Assembly (NCBI GenBank): GCA_964565945.1
Contig: CAZMGY010000036.1
Coordinates: forward strand, 1-32,000
Reading direction: 5' to 3'
Length of the DNA stretch: 32,000 nt
Source: an uncultured bacterium
GTDB taxonomy: Bacteria; GCA-001730085
In this document: positions 16,437 through 25,031 of the stretch, piece by piece
Numbering within the stretch: position 1 is the stretch's first letter
Layout of the letters: each line of letters opens with the position of its first letter
Notes under the pieces: generated by a model
What the model saw: only the letters and a program-made list of their open reading frames with translations
Told to the model about the DNA's origin: nothing
Databases searched by the model: none
Program-made: the position numbers and the translations under genes

Positions 16437-17056
16437 AAGAGAGGATCCTAACATTATGTCTATGTATCATAAGTTGTGTTGGCTTCACAGGTTTGATCAA
16501 TGCTAAAGAACCAAGCGACTTACGTGCCATACATTTCACACAAACGATTGACTCCCTCAAGAAAGGGCGCATTCTTGAACATAAAATATGGATGAAAAAC
16601 GACAAGCTCCGGATGGAATATATGCAACAAGGCCAATTGTTTGTTCTGATCATCAATAACAAGCAAGTCTACACCTATCTGCCCAGCCGTAAATTTGGCA
16701 CCGTGACTAAGTATGAGAAAGATGCGCTTGATAACTATCAAATCAAGCCCGAAATGATGCAATCCGTCACTCGTCTCAAAGACCATCTGACGCTGATGCA
16801 AGCGCAAAAAGTCGGACAAGAGAAAATTTATGGCCAAAAATGTGACATTTATCAATTCAAAGATCCCCATAGTCACGACATCAACACCCTTTGGATTAGC
16901 CAGGAGCTGCAATTCCCCCTCAAGTCACAAACCAAACTTGCAGGTGATATCTTAACCATTCACTACAAAAATATCGAAATCAGTAGGGATCTTAAAGACC
17001 ACTTGTTTGTTGTAGCGAATGATATACGTATCGAACCGTTGCAGTCGAATAGCTAA
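16433..17056 (+). CDS. Secreted protein, possibly with a LolA-like or lipoprotein-sorting fold
   Basis: N-terminal signal peptide (MKERILTLCLCIISCVGFTGLINA) and a beta-rich body. The fold assignment rests only on general resemblance and is weak. ATGA overlap with bioD. Confidence 0.4.
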   Translation: MKERILTLCLCIISCVGFTGLINAKEPSDLRAIHFTQTIDSLKKGRILEHKIWMKNDKLRMEYMQQGQLFVLIINNKQVYTYLPSRKFGTVTKYEKDALDNYQIKPEMMQSVTRLKDHLTLMQAQKVGQEKIYGQKCDIYQFKDPHSHDINTLWISQELQFPLKSQTKLAGDILTIHYKNIEISRDLKDHLFVVANDIRIEPLQSNS

Positions 17057-17216
17057 AAACATTTTTAAGAATAATTTACTATGATTAATACGATAATGTC
17101 ATGACTACAAAACGTATCCGTATAAACGATGCTTATCGGGTTTAACTTTTTTCTTTATAATAGGGATCAAAGTTTCTATTTTAGCATCTGGAATTACGAC
17201 TGTAAAATTCAACGCC

Positions 17217-17966
17217 TTAGAGTTTTAAATTCCATGTGTCTTGACTATATTTGCTCTCAACAAGCTCATCGGCTTCTTGAAGATCCCCCTCGTTCCATTT
17301 TATCTGTTCCCGAACAAGGAGATGTTGGCTCACAAGCTGCTCTAAGCCCTTAAGATCCAACGAAAAACCTTCCGACTGCAAATCACTCACAAACTGGCGA
17401 TGTTTTTTGTGATCCCGGTAGTCGGGCTGAACCTTTGGTTCGCGCAAATAACGCTCAATTGCATCGACGTGAGGGAGCGTCATAAGTGTGCCATGATGTA
17501 ACACCATCTGTTTGCGTCGCGCCTGGGCATTGCCCGAAACTTTACGACCATTCAAACAAAAATCCGAATGACCAGCCATCTCTAAAAAAGGTAAATCACA
17601 TGGCCTAAGTGCTTGATTGAGCCAGTGCAATGCAAACTGATACGAACCAGCAATCGTCGCGCATTCTGGGAAAAGGGCTATCGGTAGGGCTAAGGTGTAA
17701 TTCAAGGTTCCTGGCAAATGGAGAACCGTGCCACCACCACTGAAACGACGCAAAATAGGGACTTGATCCTTCAAGCAAGACTCTTCGAAAACTTCATCCC
17801 GCCAACGTTTGCCAATGCCCAAATAAATAACTGGAATGAGGTTTTCCCATAGACGGACATAAGGGAAGCCTGTCGCAATGGCTTTGTTCAAAAGAACTTC
17901 ATCTAAAGCAATATTGCGAGCAGGTGAGGGATCCGAATGGACCACTAAACCGAATCGGGTGTCCAT
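17217..17966 (-). CDS. Lipoate-protein ligase A family protein (LplA/LipM-like, catalytic domain only)
   Basis: Motifs RRFSGGGTVLH and GRKVSGNAQ (the conserved lysine region of the BPL/LPL catalytic domain). It is the last gene of the gcv operon and overlaps gcvPB by 22 nt. Confidence 0.8.
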   Translation of the reverse strand: MDTRFGLVVHSDPSPARNIALDEVLLNKAIATGFPYVRLWENLIPVIYLGIGKRWRDEVFEESCLKDQVPILRRFSGGGTVLHLPGTLNYTLALPIALFPECATIAGSYQFALHWLNQALRPCDLPFLEMAGHSDFCLNGRKVSGNAQARRKQMVLHHGTLMTLPHVDAIERYLREPKVQPDYRDHKKHRQFVSDLQSEGFSLDLKGLEQLVSQHLLVREQIKWNEGDLQEADELVESKYSQDTWNLKL

Positions 17967-19402
17967 CTCAACTTAGGCCTACGCGCAGCCATAACCTCAT
18001 CAATTTGACGAACAACCGTGCTATGAGGGGCCTGTTGGACCATTTCGGGATTGTCACGACATTCTTGAGCAATCTTCTTCAAGTCCTCAATGAATTGATC
18101 CATTGTTTCTAAACTTTCCGTCTCGGTCGGTTCAATCATAAGCGCTTCATCGACAATCAAAGGAAAATAAATTGTCGGTGGATAATAGCCCTTATCAATC
18201 AAACGTTTGGCCAAATGCTTGGTATGAACTCCAAATTCTTGTTGCCATTTGCTTGATAAAACAAATTCATGCATACAAATACGATCGTAGGGGAGAAAGA
18301 ACTCTTTCTCCAAAGCACGCATCATATAGTTGGCATTAAGCACCGCACTTTCGCTCACATCTTTCAAACCATCCGCACCCAACAGCTTCATGTAAACATA
18401 GGCACGCACAAACACCAAGAAATTACCCCCAAACGCCATCAATCGACCTATCGAGGTGTCTTCATGATCTTGACTATAAGCATAAGCTTCAGCTGTTTTG
18501 AAAACGTGTTGGGGTGGTAAAAAAGGAATCAAGTGTTTCTTAACACCAACAGGTCCTGCGCCAGGACCGCCTCCACCATGTGGAGTTGAAAAAGTTTTAT
18601 GCAAATTGATATGAATCACATCAAAACCCATGTCGCCGGGGCGACATTTGCCCATAATCGCATTAAAATTAGCACCATCATAGTAAAGCAAGCCCCCAGC
18701 CTGATGCACCAAAGACGAAATGTCCAAAATATTTTCATCAAACAAGCCCAGAGTATTCGGATTTGTGGTCATCAGACCAGAAACATCATCGCCCAAATTC
18801 TCTTTCAGGTGCTCCATATCCACACCACCTCGCTCATCGGAACGAATCGAAACCACATCATAGCCACAAAGAGCCGCCGATGAAGGATTGGTCCCATGCG
18901 CAGCATCGGGAATAAGAATTTTACGACGTTGCTCATGCTCACCACGGCTTTGGTGATAAGCTTTGATCAACATAAGTCCTGTCAACTCGCCGTGCGCACC
19001 AGCCGCTGGTTCCAAAGTAAAAGCATCCATGCCAGACAAAGCTCCCAGCATACGCTGCACTTCATAAATGATGTACATATTGCCCTGAACCGTTGAGGCA
19101 TCAGCCAAAGGATGGGCCTGCGTAAAAGAGGGCATGGCAGCCATTTCTTCATGCAAGCGTGGATTATATTTCATGGTGCATGATCCTAAAGGATAAAAAT
19201 GATTATCGATGCCTTTGTTAAGATACGAAAGGGCGGTGTAATGCCTAACCACATCAAGTTCACTCACTTCGGGTAAATTCGCTTGATCAGTACGCAAAAG
19301 ACTGGCATCAACTGAGCTCTCAAGATCAAATGGGGCAAACGCCATATCCCTTAAAGAAAAAGATCGATGTCCCTGAGCACTTTTCTCAAAAATTGTTTTC
19401 AT
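17945..19402 (-). CDS. gcvPB: Glycine dehydrogenase (decarboxylating), subunit 2
   Basis: PLP-lysine region INLHKTFSTPHGGGGPGAGP, with typical GcvPB length. TAATG junction with gcvPA. Confidence 0.95.
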   Translation of the reverse strand: MKTIFEKSAQGHRSFSLRDMAFAPFDLESSVDASLLRTDQANLPEVSELDVVRHYTALSYLNKGIDNHFYPLGSCTMKYNPRLHEEMAAMPSFTQAHPLADASTVQGNMYIIYEVQRMLGALSGMDAFTLEPAAGAHGELTGLMLIKAYHQSRGEHEQRRKILIPDAAHGTNPSSAALCGYDVVSIRSDERGGVDMEHLKENLGDDVSGLMTTNPNTLGLFDENILDISSLVHQAGGLLYYDGANFNAIMGKCRPGDMGFDVIHINLHKTFSTPHGGGGPGAGPVGVKKHLIPFLPPQHVFKTAEAYAYSQDHEDTSIGRLMAFGGNFLVFVRAYVYMKLLGADGLKDVSESAVLNANYMMRALEKEFFLPYDRICMHEFVLSSKWQQEFGVHTKHLAKRLIDKGYYPPTIYFPLIVDEALMIEPTETESLETMDQFIEDLKKIAQECRDNPEMVQQAPHSTVVRQIDEVMAARRPKLRWTPDSV

Positions 19403-20730
19403 TAAAACACCTCACGGACTGCTGCCAGCGTTTGTGTTTGCAAAAATTGAACCAAGGCTTTCAACTGGTTTTCGGTTTTCTTCTCCGTCACAGCAATCAA
19501 CAAACAGTGGTCCCAATCCGAACGATAAAGAGCAAGGTCATAGCCAAGAATAAGATTTTCTTTACGAGCCATCGCACAATAATCACGAACCAAACCAGGT
19601 AATTCCACCACAATTTCGCAGTAAGACGTGCCTAGATCCCAAATCTTTACACCCTCGATATCCTGCAAGGCTTTACGCAAATAGATCAATCTCTTATGTG
19701 AAGCTTCGGCCACTTGTTTCATGCCATCAAAGCCCATATAGGCCATATACATCGCTCCGCGTAAAGCGAGGAGTGCTTGATTGGTGCATATATTCGAGGT
19801 CGCTTTTTCACGGCGAATGTGTTGCTCACGTGCCTGCAAGGTTAACACATAGGCTTTCCGGCCTTCAACATCCACCGATTCGCCACAGATACGACCAGGC
19901 AATTGGCGCACATATTTTTGACGCGTGGCAATAAAACCAAAGTAGGGACCACCATAAGAAAGAGGAACCCCCAAGGGTTGCCCTTCACCAACAACAATGT
20001 CGGCACCCATCGACACTGGGGTGCGAAACAAGGCCAAAGCCATCGGATTGGTTACCACAATCAATAAAGCGCCAGCTTGCTGACACATTTCGGCCAAAGC
20101 TGTTAAATCTTCAACTGTTCCTAAAAAATTAGGGTACTGCACGATCACAGCAGTGATGTTTTGCTGAACAGACTCCACAAAACTGCTTCGTTCGAAAGTG
20201 AAATCCGCCCCGCGCATATGCGTTTCGATCACCTCGCGATACAAAGGGTTCAAAGGATCAGCAATCACCACATGACGACGACGATTGATGCGTGCAGCCA
20301 TTAAGATGGCCTCCCAAATCGCCGTGCTTCCATCATACAAAGACGCATTTGATACGTCGGCACCAGTTAGTTCACAAATCATGGTTTGATACTCAAAAAT
20401 GGCCTGCAAAAGACCCTGACTTATTTCAGGTTGGTAAGGAGTATACGATGTTAAAAACTCACCTCGGCCCACAAGAGCATTTAAAATGGGCGGAATAAAA
20501 TGATCATAGGCACCCGCTCCTAAAAAACTATTCATATTATGAGCGGTGTTGCGCGCAGCCAATTCTTGCATATGTGCTTGAACAGTAATCATATCCGAAC
20601 CTTCATCCATATCAATTTCAGGATTCAGGAGACTGTCATTGACATCGGAAAACAGCTGATCAATATGATCACAGCCCAATGTTTTCAACATTTTTTGACG
20701 GTCTTGCTCCGTGTGAGGTACATAATACAT
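19402..20730 (-). CDS. gcvPA: Glycine dehydrogenase (decarboxylating), subunit 1
   Basis: GcvPA-like sequence (FLGAGAYDHFIP, SYTPYQPEISQGLLQAIFEYQTMI), 442 aa. Confidence 0.95.
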   Translation of the reverse strand: MYYVPHTEQDRQKMLKTLGCDHIDQLFSDVNDSLLNPEIDMDEGSDMITVQAHMQELAARNTAHNMNSFLGAGAYDHFIPPILNALVGRGEFLTSYTPYQPEISQGLLQAIFEYQTMICELTGADVSNASLYDGSTAIWEAILMAARINRRRHVVIADPLNPLYREVIETHMRGADFTFERSSFVESVQQNITAVIVQYPNFLGTVEDLTALAEMCQQAGALLIVVTNPMALALFRTPVSMGADIVVGEGQPLGVPLSYGGPYFGFIATRQKYVRQLPGRICGESVDVEGRKAYVLTLQAREQHIRREKATSNICTNQALLALRGAMYMAYMGFDGMKQVAEASHKRLIYLRKALQDIEGVKIWDLGTSYCEIVVELPGLVRDYCAMARKENLILGYDLALYRSDWDHCLLIAVTEKKTENQLKALVQFLQTQTLAAVREVF

Positions 20731-20738
20731 AAAGTGAT

Positions 20739-21131
20739 TTATCCTTCTTTATCAACAAACTCTTGATAAGATTCGACATCCATCAGCTGATCGAGCTCGT
20801 CTTCGTTAATATCTTCGAGTGTAAACAAATATCCTGCCTCATAAGGATCTTGATTGATATAGCCAGGCTCATCCAGAAGGTTTTTGTTCGCCGTCACCAC
20901 GGTTCCCGAAAGAGGACTGTAGATGTCCGAGGCGGATTTGACTGATTCAACCACCGCACAGGCTTCGTGTTGCTGAACTTTTTGTCCTTCGAAAGGTAGT
21001 TCAACAAAAACAATCTCACTCAACTTTTGTTGTGCATGATCGGTGATCCCAACCTTAGCTTGTCCGTCTTTCACCACAACCCACTCGTGCTCTTCACTGT
21101 AACGAGCTTTCTTTAGCGTTTCATGAGACAT
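20739..21131 (-). CDS. gcvH: Glycine cleavage system H protein
   Basis: Lipoyl-lysine motif VESVKSASDIYSPLSG and an EHEWV N-terminal region. I prefer ATG 21131, which has AAGGAG 8 nt upstream, over the listed GTG 21140. Confidence 0.9.
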   Translation of the reverse strand: MSHETLKKARYSEEHEWVVVKDGQAKVGITDHAQQKLSEIVFVELPFEGQKVQQHEACAVVESVKSASDIYSPLSGTVVTANKNLLDEPGYINQDPYEAGYLFTLEDINEDELDQLMDVESYQEFVDKEG

Positions 21132-22230
21132 GTGTTTCACTCCTTTGTTTCAATGTATTTTGTTTAATTGACGTCGACCTTACAAATGGCAAGGCAACAA
21201 CATCGACCACAACTTTCTTTTGACGAATTTGAATCATTAACTGTTTAGCATCGCGCATTGACCACGGAACGCGAGCCAAACCAATCGCTTTTTGCAAAGT
21301 AGGGGACCAGGTCCCACTGGTGACAAGACCAACAACATTTGGACCATCTTTAACCTCGGCATTGTGACGAGCAATTCCCCCTTGATTGATCACAAAGGGT
21401 AAACTGATCCACTTAGGATCTTGATCCCAAATTGCCGCTACACCGACAAAGTTTTTCTCTTGCGACACAAAATGCTCAAAGCCAACAGAACGAGGATTAA
21501 CCATTGTATCCATATCTTGTCCCATAAGAGGATAGCCCATTTCTAGGCGTAGCGTATCACGCGCACCTAAGCCCGCAGGCATTACATTTAAATCGAGCAA
21601 AGTCTTCCACAAATCTTTGGCCAAAGCACAAGGACCATAAACTTCATAACCCAACTCCCCAGTGTAACCCGTGCGAGAGACCAACAAGCGCTCATTATTA
21701 TACTCGACAGCCTTAAAAGCAAAATAGGCTAAATCTTGCACACCACAGTCATCACCTAAGCATTGAGTAATCACCGTCAAGGCCTCAGGCCCTTGCAGAT
21801 CTATTTTGAACCAATTGCCCCTTTGATTATCGACACGCACATCTGCGGGTGCTAAGTTTTTAATCCAATCCCAATCGGTTTGAATGGTCAAACCATTCAC
21901 AACCAACATAAAGGAATTTTGGCTGAAACGGTAAATAATCACATCATCTAAAATGCCCCCATCGTCCTGGCACAATTGTGTGTAATAACAACGCCCATCA
22001 CGGGATGAATTCAAATTTCGAGGCACCAAAGATTCAAGGAAAGCCAAAGCATTTGGACCTTCAACCAGAATTTCTCCCATATGACAAGTATCAAACATCG
22101 TCACAGCATGGCGTGTTCGTTTATGCTCTACCACTATACCTTCGTACTGAACAGGCATCTCCCAAGGTCCAAAAGGAATCATCTTGGCGTTTAACTGAAT
22201 ATGTTGGTCATAAAGAACTGTTTTCAACAT
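21121..22230 (-). CDS. gcvT: Aminomethyltransferase (glycine cleavage system T protein)
   Basis: GcvT-like throughout (MLKTVLYDQHI..., FGPWEMPVQY, SRTGYTGELGYEV), 369 aa. Confidence 0.95.
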   Translation of the reverse strand: MLKTVLYDQHIQLNAKMIPFGPWEMPVQYEGIVVEHKRTRHAVTMFDTCHMGEILVEGPNALAFLESLVPRNLNSSRDGRCYYTQLCQDDGGILDDVIIYRFSQNSFMLVVNGLTIQTDWDWIKNLAPADVRVDNQRGNWFKIDLQGPEALTVITQCLGDDCGVQDLAYFAFKAVEYNNERLLVSRTGYTGELGYEVYGPCALAKDLWKTLLDLNVMPAGLGARDTLRLEMGYPLMGQDMDTMVNPRSVGFEHFVSQEKNFVGVAAIWDQDPKWISLPFVINQGGIARHNAEVKDGPNVVGLVTSGTWSPTLQKAIGLARVPWSMRDAKQLMIQIRQKKVVVDVVALPFVRSTSIKQNTLKQRSETHVS

Positions 22231-22467
22231 TACACGGAACCTTTAATTTAGCATACATACAAGTCTTGCTTATAAAAATGGTATTATAACGCGTTCAAAG
22301 AATTTCAACCAGATGAGTTAAGAAAACATAACCGAAAAAGGTAACATCTCCTCGGGAAAAGGGAATAACACACAGGCAATCCCTTAATTTTCGTTAGGCT
22401 CTTTGTTTGCCACCTTTACACACAATCACATAATTGCCATGGTGTGGGCTAAGACATGTTTTAGTAT

Positions 22468-22496
22468 ATTATTGAATAAGCATAACAAGACGTCAA
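22468..22496 (-). promoter_or_regulatory. Candidate distal promoter for the gcv operon (minus strand)
   Basis: The minus strand reads TTGACG (complement of 22491-22496), a 17-nt spacer, then AATAAT (complement of 22468-22473). This would give a leader of roughly 230 nt before the gcvT ATG. Pattern only. Confidence 0.35.
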
Positions 22497-22567
22497 TTAA
22501 ATAAACGCATCTTACGGTGTTAATAAAAGTATTCGGATTAAACATGAACTAACTTTTGTTTATATTA

Positions 22568-22596
22568 TTGCGTCCTTATCCTTTTTTGCCTATAAT
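22568..22596 (+). promoter_or_regulatory. Candidate promoter for the epimerase-rfbC-glyQS block
   Basis: TTGCGT (22568-22573), a 17-nt spacer, then TATAAT (22591-22596), about 40 nt upstream of ATG 22637, which has SD AGAGGGAG. Pattern only. Confidence 0.35.
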
Positions 22597-22636
22597 CAAG
22601 CGGTGTAATTATACACATATGCAGAGGGAGCTGACT

Positions 22637-23590
22637 ATGAATATTCTTGTCACGGGTGGTGCTGGTTTTATAGCATCTCAAGTGGTTGACCGCTACATCG
22701 CCGAGAAACACTGCGTCACAATCTTAGATAATCTTGTGACTGGATTCAAACAAAACATACATCCCGAAGCACGCTTTATCGAAAAAGATTTGTGCGATCC
22801 CTCGCTTCGCGAAAACTTCAAAGAGTTACAATTTGATTTGGTCAACCACCATGCCGCCCAGATTGATGTGCGCGCATCGCTGCTTAATCCCATGTACGAT
22901 GCCAATGTAAATATCAAAGGGACCTTACAACTGTTGGAACATATGCGCGCAACAGGGGTATCAAAAATTATCTATGCCTCAACTGGAGGAGCCATTTACG
23001 GAGATCCCATCGAACTCCCCTTAACCGAACAATCCATAGCCCGTCCTTTGTGCCCTTACGCCGTGAGCAAATTCACTGGCGAACAATACATCCAGCTCTA
23101 TCAGCGTCTCTATGATTTTCAGTACACAATTTTGCGTTACCCTAATATCTATGGACCACGCCAAAACCCAGAGGGTGAAGCTGGCGTCAATGCCATTTTT
23201 ATTGGCATAATGATGAAAGGCGAAACTCCGACCATCTACGGCGATGGTGAACAGTTGCGTGACTACATCTTTGTCTCCGATATCGTCGAAGTCAACACCT
23301 TAGCTTTGGATCGCATGGAGAACCAAATTTTCAATATCGCCACTGGTCTAGGAAGCTCGGTGAATGCCATTTATGAGATTTTGCAAAACGAAATCCCCTA
23401 CACATCCGAGGCCTATTACGTCGAAAAAAGATTAGGAGAAATCGAGAAAACCTTTATGAGTCCTGCTAAAATCAAAGAACATTGGGGATGGGAACCTCAA
23501 TACACCTTGGAACAGGGACTCAAAAAAATGGTCGCCTGGTTTCGTGACGAAGGTTTTGAACGTTTTTTTAGTAAAAAGGGCACAGCATGA
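22637..23590 (+). CDS. NAD-dependent nucleotide-sugar epimerase/dehydratase (extended SDR, GalE-like)
   Basis: N-terminal GGAGFIAS Rossmann motif and the catalytic YAVSK (YxxxK). The start was trimmed from 22556 to ATG 22637 (MNILVTGGAGFI). Confidence 0.8.
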   Translation: MNILVTGGAGFIASQVVDRYIAEKHCVTILDNLVTGFKQNIHPEARFIEKDLCDPSLRENFKELQFDLVNHHAAQIDVRASLLNPMYDANVNIKGTLQLLEHMRATGVSKIIYASTGGAIYGDPIELPLTEQSIARPLCPYAVSKFTGEQYIQLYQRLYDFQYTILRYPNIYGPRQNPEGEAGVNAIFIGIMMKGETPTIYGDGEQLRDYIFVSDIVEVNTLALDRMENQIFNIATGLGSSVNAIYEILQNEIPYTSEAYYVEKRLGEIEKTFMSPAKIKEHWGWEPQYTLEQGLKKMVAWFRDEGFERFFSKKGTA

Positions 23591-24105
23591 AAATCATCGA
23601 AACAGATTTCGAAGGGTTGATCATTGTTGATTATACGGTTCATGGTGACGAGCGTGGTTTTTTCATGGAGCTCCATAACCAAAAGTCTTTCCAAGATCAA
23701 GGACTCGATCTTAGTTTTAAACAAGATAACTTAAGTCGCTCAAGCTACGGAACGTTACGAGGCATGCATTTTCAAGAAAAGCCTTATGCCCAAGGCAAAT
23801 TGGTAACCGTTCTGCAAGGCGAAGTTTTTGACGCTGTCATTGATTTTCGCCAAGATCAGCCCACTTATGGGCAATGGTTTGGTATCACTTTAAACGACCA
23901 AAAACGCCAAGCACTCTACGTTCCCGAAGGATTTGCTCATGGCTTTTGTGTCTTGAGCGAAACGGCTGATTTCTTTTACAAATGCACCCAAGTCTATCAT
24001 CCCGAAGCCCAAAAAACGATTCTGTGGAATGATCCTCAAGTTGGCATTGAATGGCCGATTGAACCCAATCTCGGAAAAATTTCCGAAAAAGATAAAGCAG
24101 TGTAA
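23587..24105 (+). CDS. rfbC: dTDP-4-dehydrorhamnose 3,5-epimerase
   Basis: RmlC cupin signature (DERGFF.E, LRGMHFQ, YVPEGFAHGF). ATGA overlap with the epimerase gene. Confidence 0.85.
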   Translation: MKIIETDFEGLIIVDYTVHGDERGFFMELHNQKSFQDQGLDLSFKQDNLSRSSYGTLRGMHFQEKPYAQGKLVTVLQGEVFDAVIDFRQDQPTYGQWFGITLNDQKRQALYVPEGFAHGFCVLSETADFFYKCTQVYHPEAQKTILWNDPQVGIEWPIEPNLGKISEKDKAV

Positions 24106-24149
24106 CCCTTTGGTGACACTATCGAGCATAAATGATAGAGTAGATAGCT

Positions 24150-25031
24150 ATGGTAACTACGTTCCAAGATATTATTTTAAAACTGCACCATTATTGGATC
24201 GAAAAGGGCTGTGTCCTTTGGCAAGCCTATGACCAAGAGACTGGTGCTGGAACATTTAATCCTGCAACCTTCTTTGGTGTGCTAGGCCCCAACAAACATA
24301 GGGTCTGTTACGTAGAACCCTCACGTCGTCCCACTGATGGGCGCTATGGCGAAAATCCTAACCGCTTGTATCAACATCATCAATACCAAGTAATTTTGAA
24401 ACCCGCCCCCAAAAACAGCCAAGACCTTTATTTGGATAGCTTGCGGGCCATTGGCATTGTGCCCGAAGACCACGATATCCGCTTTATCGAAGATGATTGG
24501 GAGTCACCCACCTTAGGTGCAACAGGTTTAGGCTGGGAGGTTTGGCTGGATGGCATGGAAATCACTCAGTTCACTTATTTCCAACAAGTGGGTGGCTTCG
24601 AGCTTGATCCCATTTCGGTGGAATTAACTTATGGACTCGAACGCATCGCCATGTACCTGCAAGGCAAAGACAACCTCTACGATTTGGTATGGGTCAATGA
24701 ACCTAATCATAAAGTTTTGTACAAAGATTTGTTTCAAAAAGCTGAATATGAATTTTCGAAATATAGTTTTGAAAATGCGAACGTCGACCGCCATTTTGTG
24801 CTTTTCGACACGTATGAACAAGAATGCCTTGAAAGTCTCGAGAAAAACCTTGTGCGTCCCGCTTACGATATGGTCCTGAAAACATCACATGCCTTTAACG
24901 TGCTTGATGCACGCAATGCTATTAGCGTAACTGAGCGCGTTGGTTATATTGGGCGTGTAAGAACAATGGCTCGAGGTTGTGCAGAATTACATATGGAGTT
25001 GTATCATGGTTACCAACCGTCTACTGATTGA
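24150..25031 (+). CDS. glyQ: Glycine--tRNA ligase alpha subunit
   Basis: Highly conserved GlyQ sequence ([51 protein letters not shown]). Confidence 0.95.
   Translation: MVTTFQDIILKLHHYWIEKGCVLWQAYDQETGAGTFNPATFFGVLGPNKHRVCYVEPSRRPTDGRYGENPNRLYQHHQYQVILKPAPKNSQDLYLDSLRAIGIVPEDHDIRFIEDDWESPTLGATGLGWEVWLDGMEITQFTYFQQVGGFELDPISVELTYGLERIAMYLQGKDNLYDLVWVNEPNHKVLYKDLFQKAEYEFSKYSFENANVDRHFVLFDTYEQECLESLEKNLVRPAYDMVLKTSHAFNVLDARNAISVTERVGYIGRVRTMARGCAELHMELYHGYQPSTD

Noticed and set aside
17118-17152. A hairpin (CCGtATAA-loop-TTATCGG) followed by GTTTAACTTTTTT between the convergent LolA-like and lplA-like genes, considered as a bidirectional terminator.
   Set aside because: The stem is only 7 AT-rich bp with a bulge, and the T-run is interrupted. 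It is too weak to annotate as a terminator from sequence alone.
17924-20766. Plus-strand ORFs of 60-94 aa antisense to gcvPB and gcvPA (e.g. 18269-18520, 18599-18883, 19330-19602, 19698-19934).
   Set aside because: They lie opposite strongly supported glycine dehydrogenase genes. The translations are His/Arg/Thr-rich with no motifs or ribosome-binding sites.
22231-22470. An expected glycine riboswitch upstream of gcvT.
   Set aside because: I read the minus strand against the remembered consensus blocks (GGAGAG, CCGAAGGRGCAA, CUCAGGCAAAAGGAC) and found only scattered partial matches in the wrong order. It is therefore not called as a feature, though a covariance-model search should confirm this.
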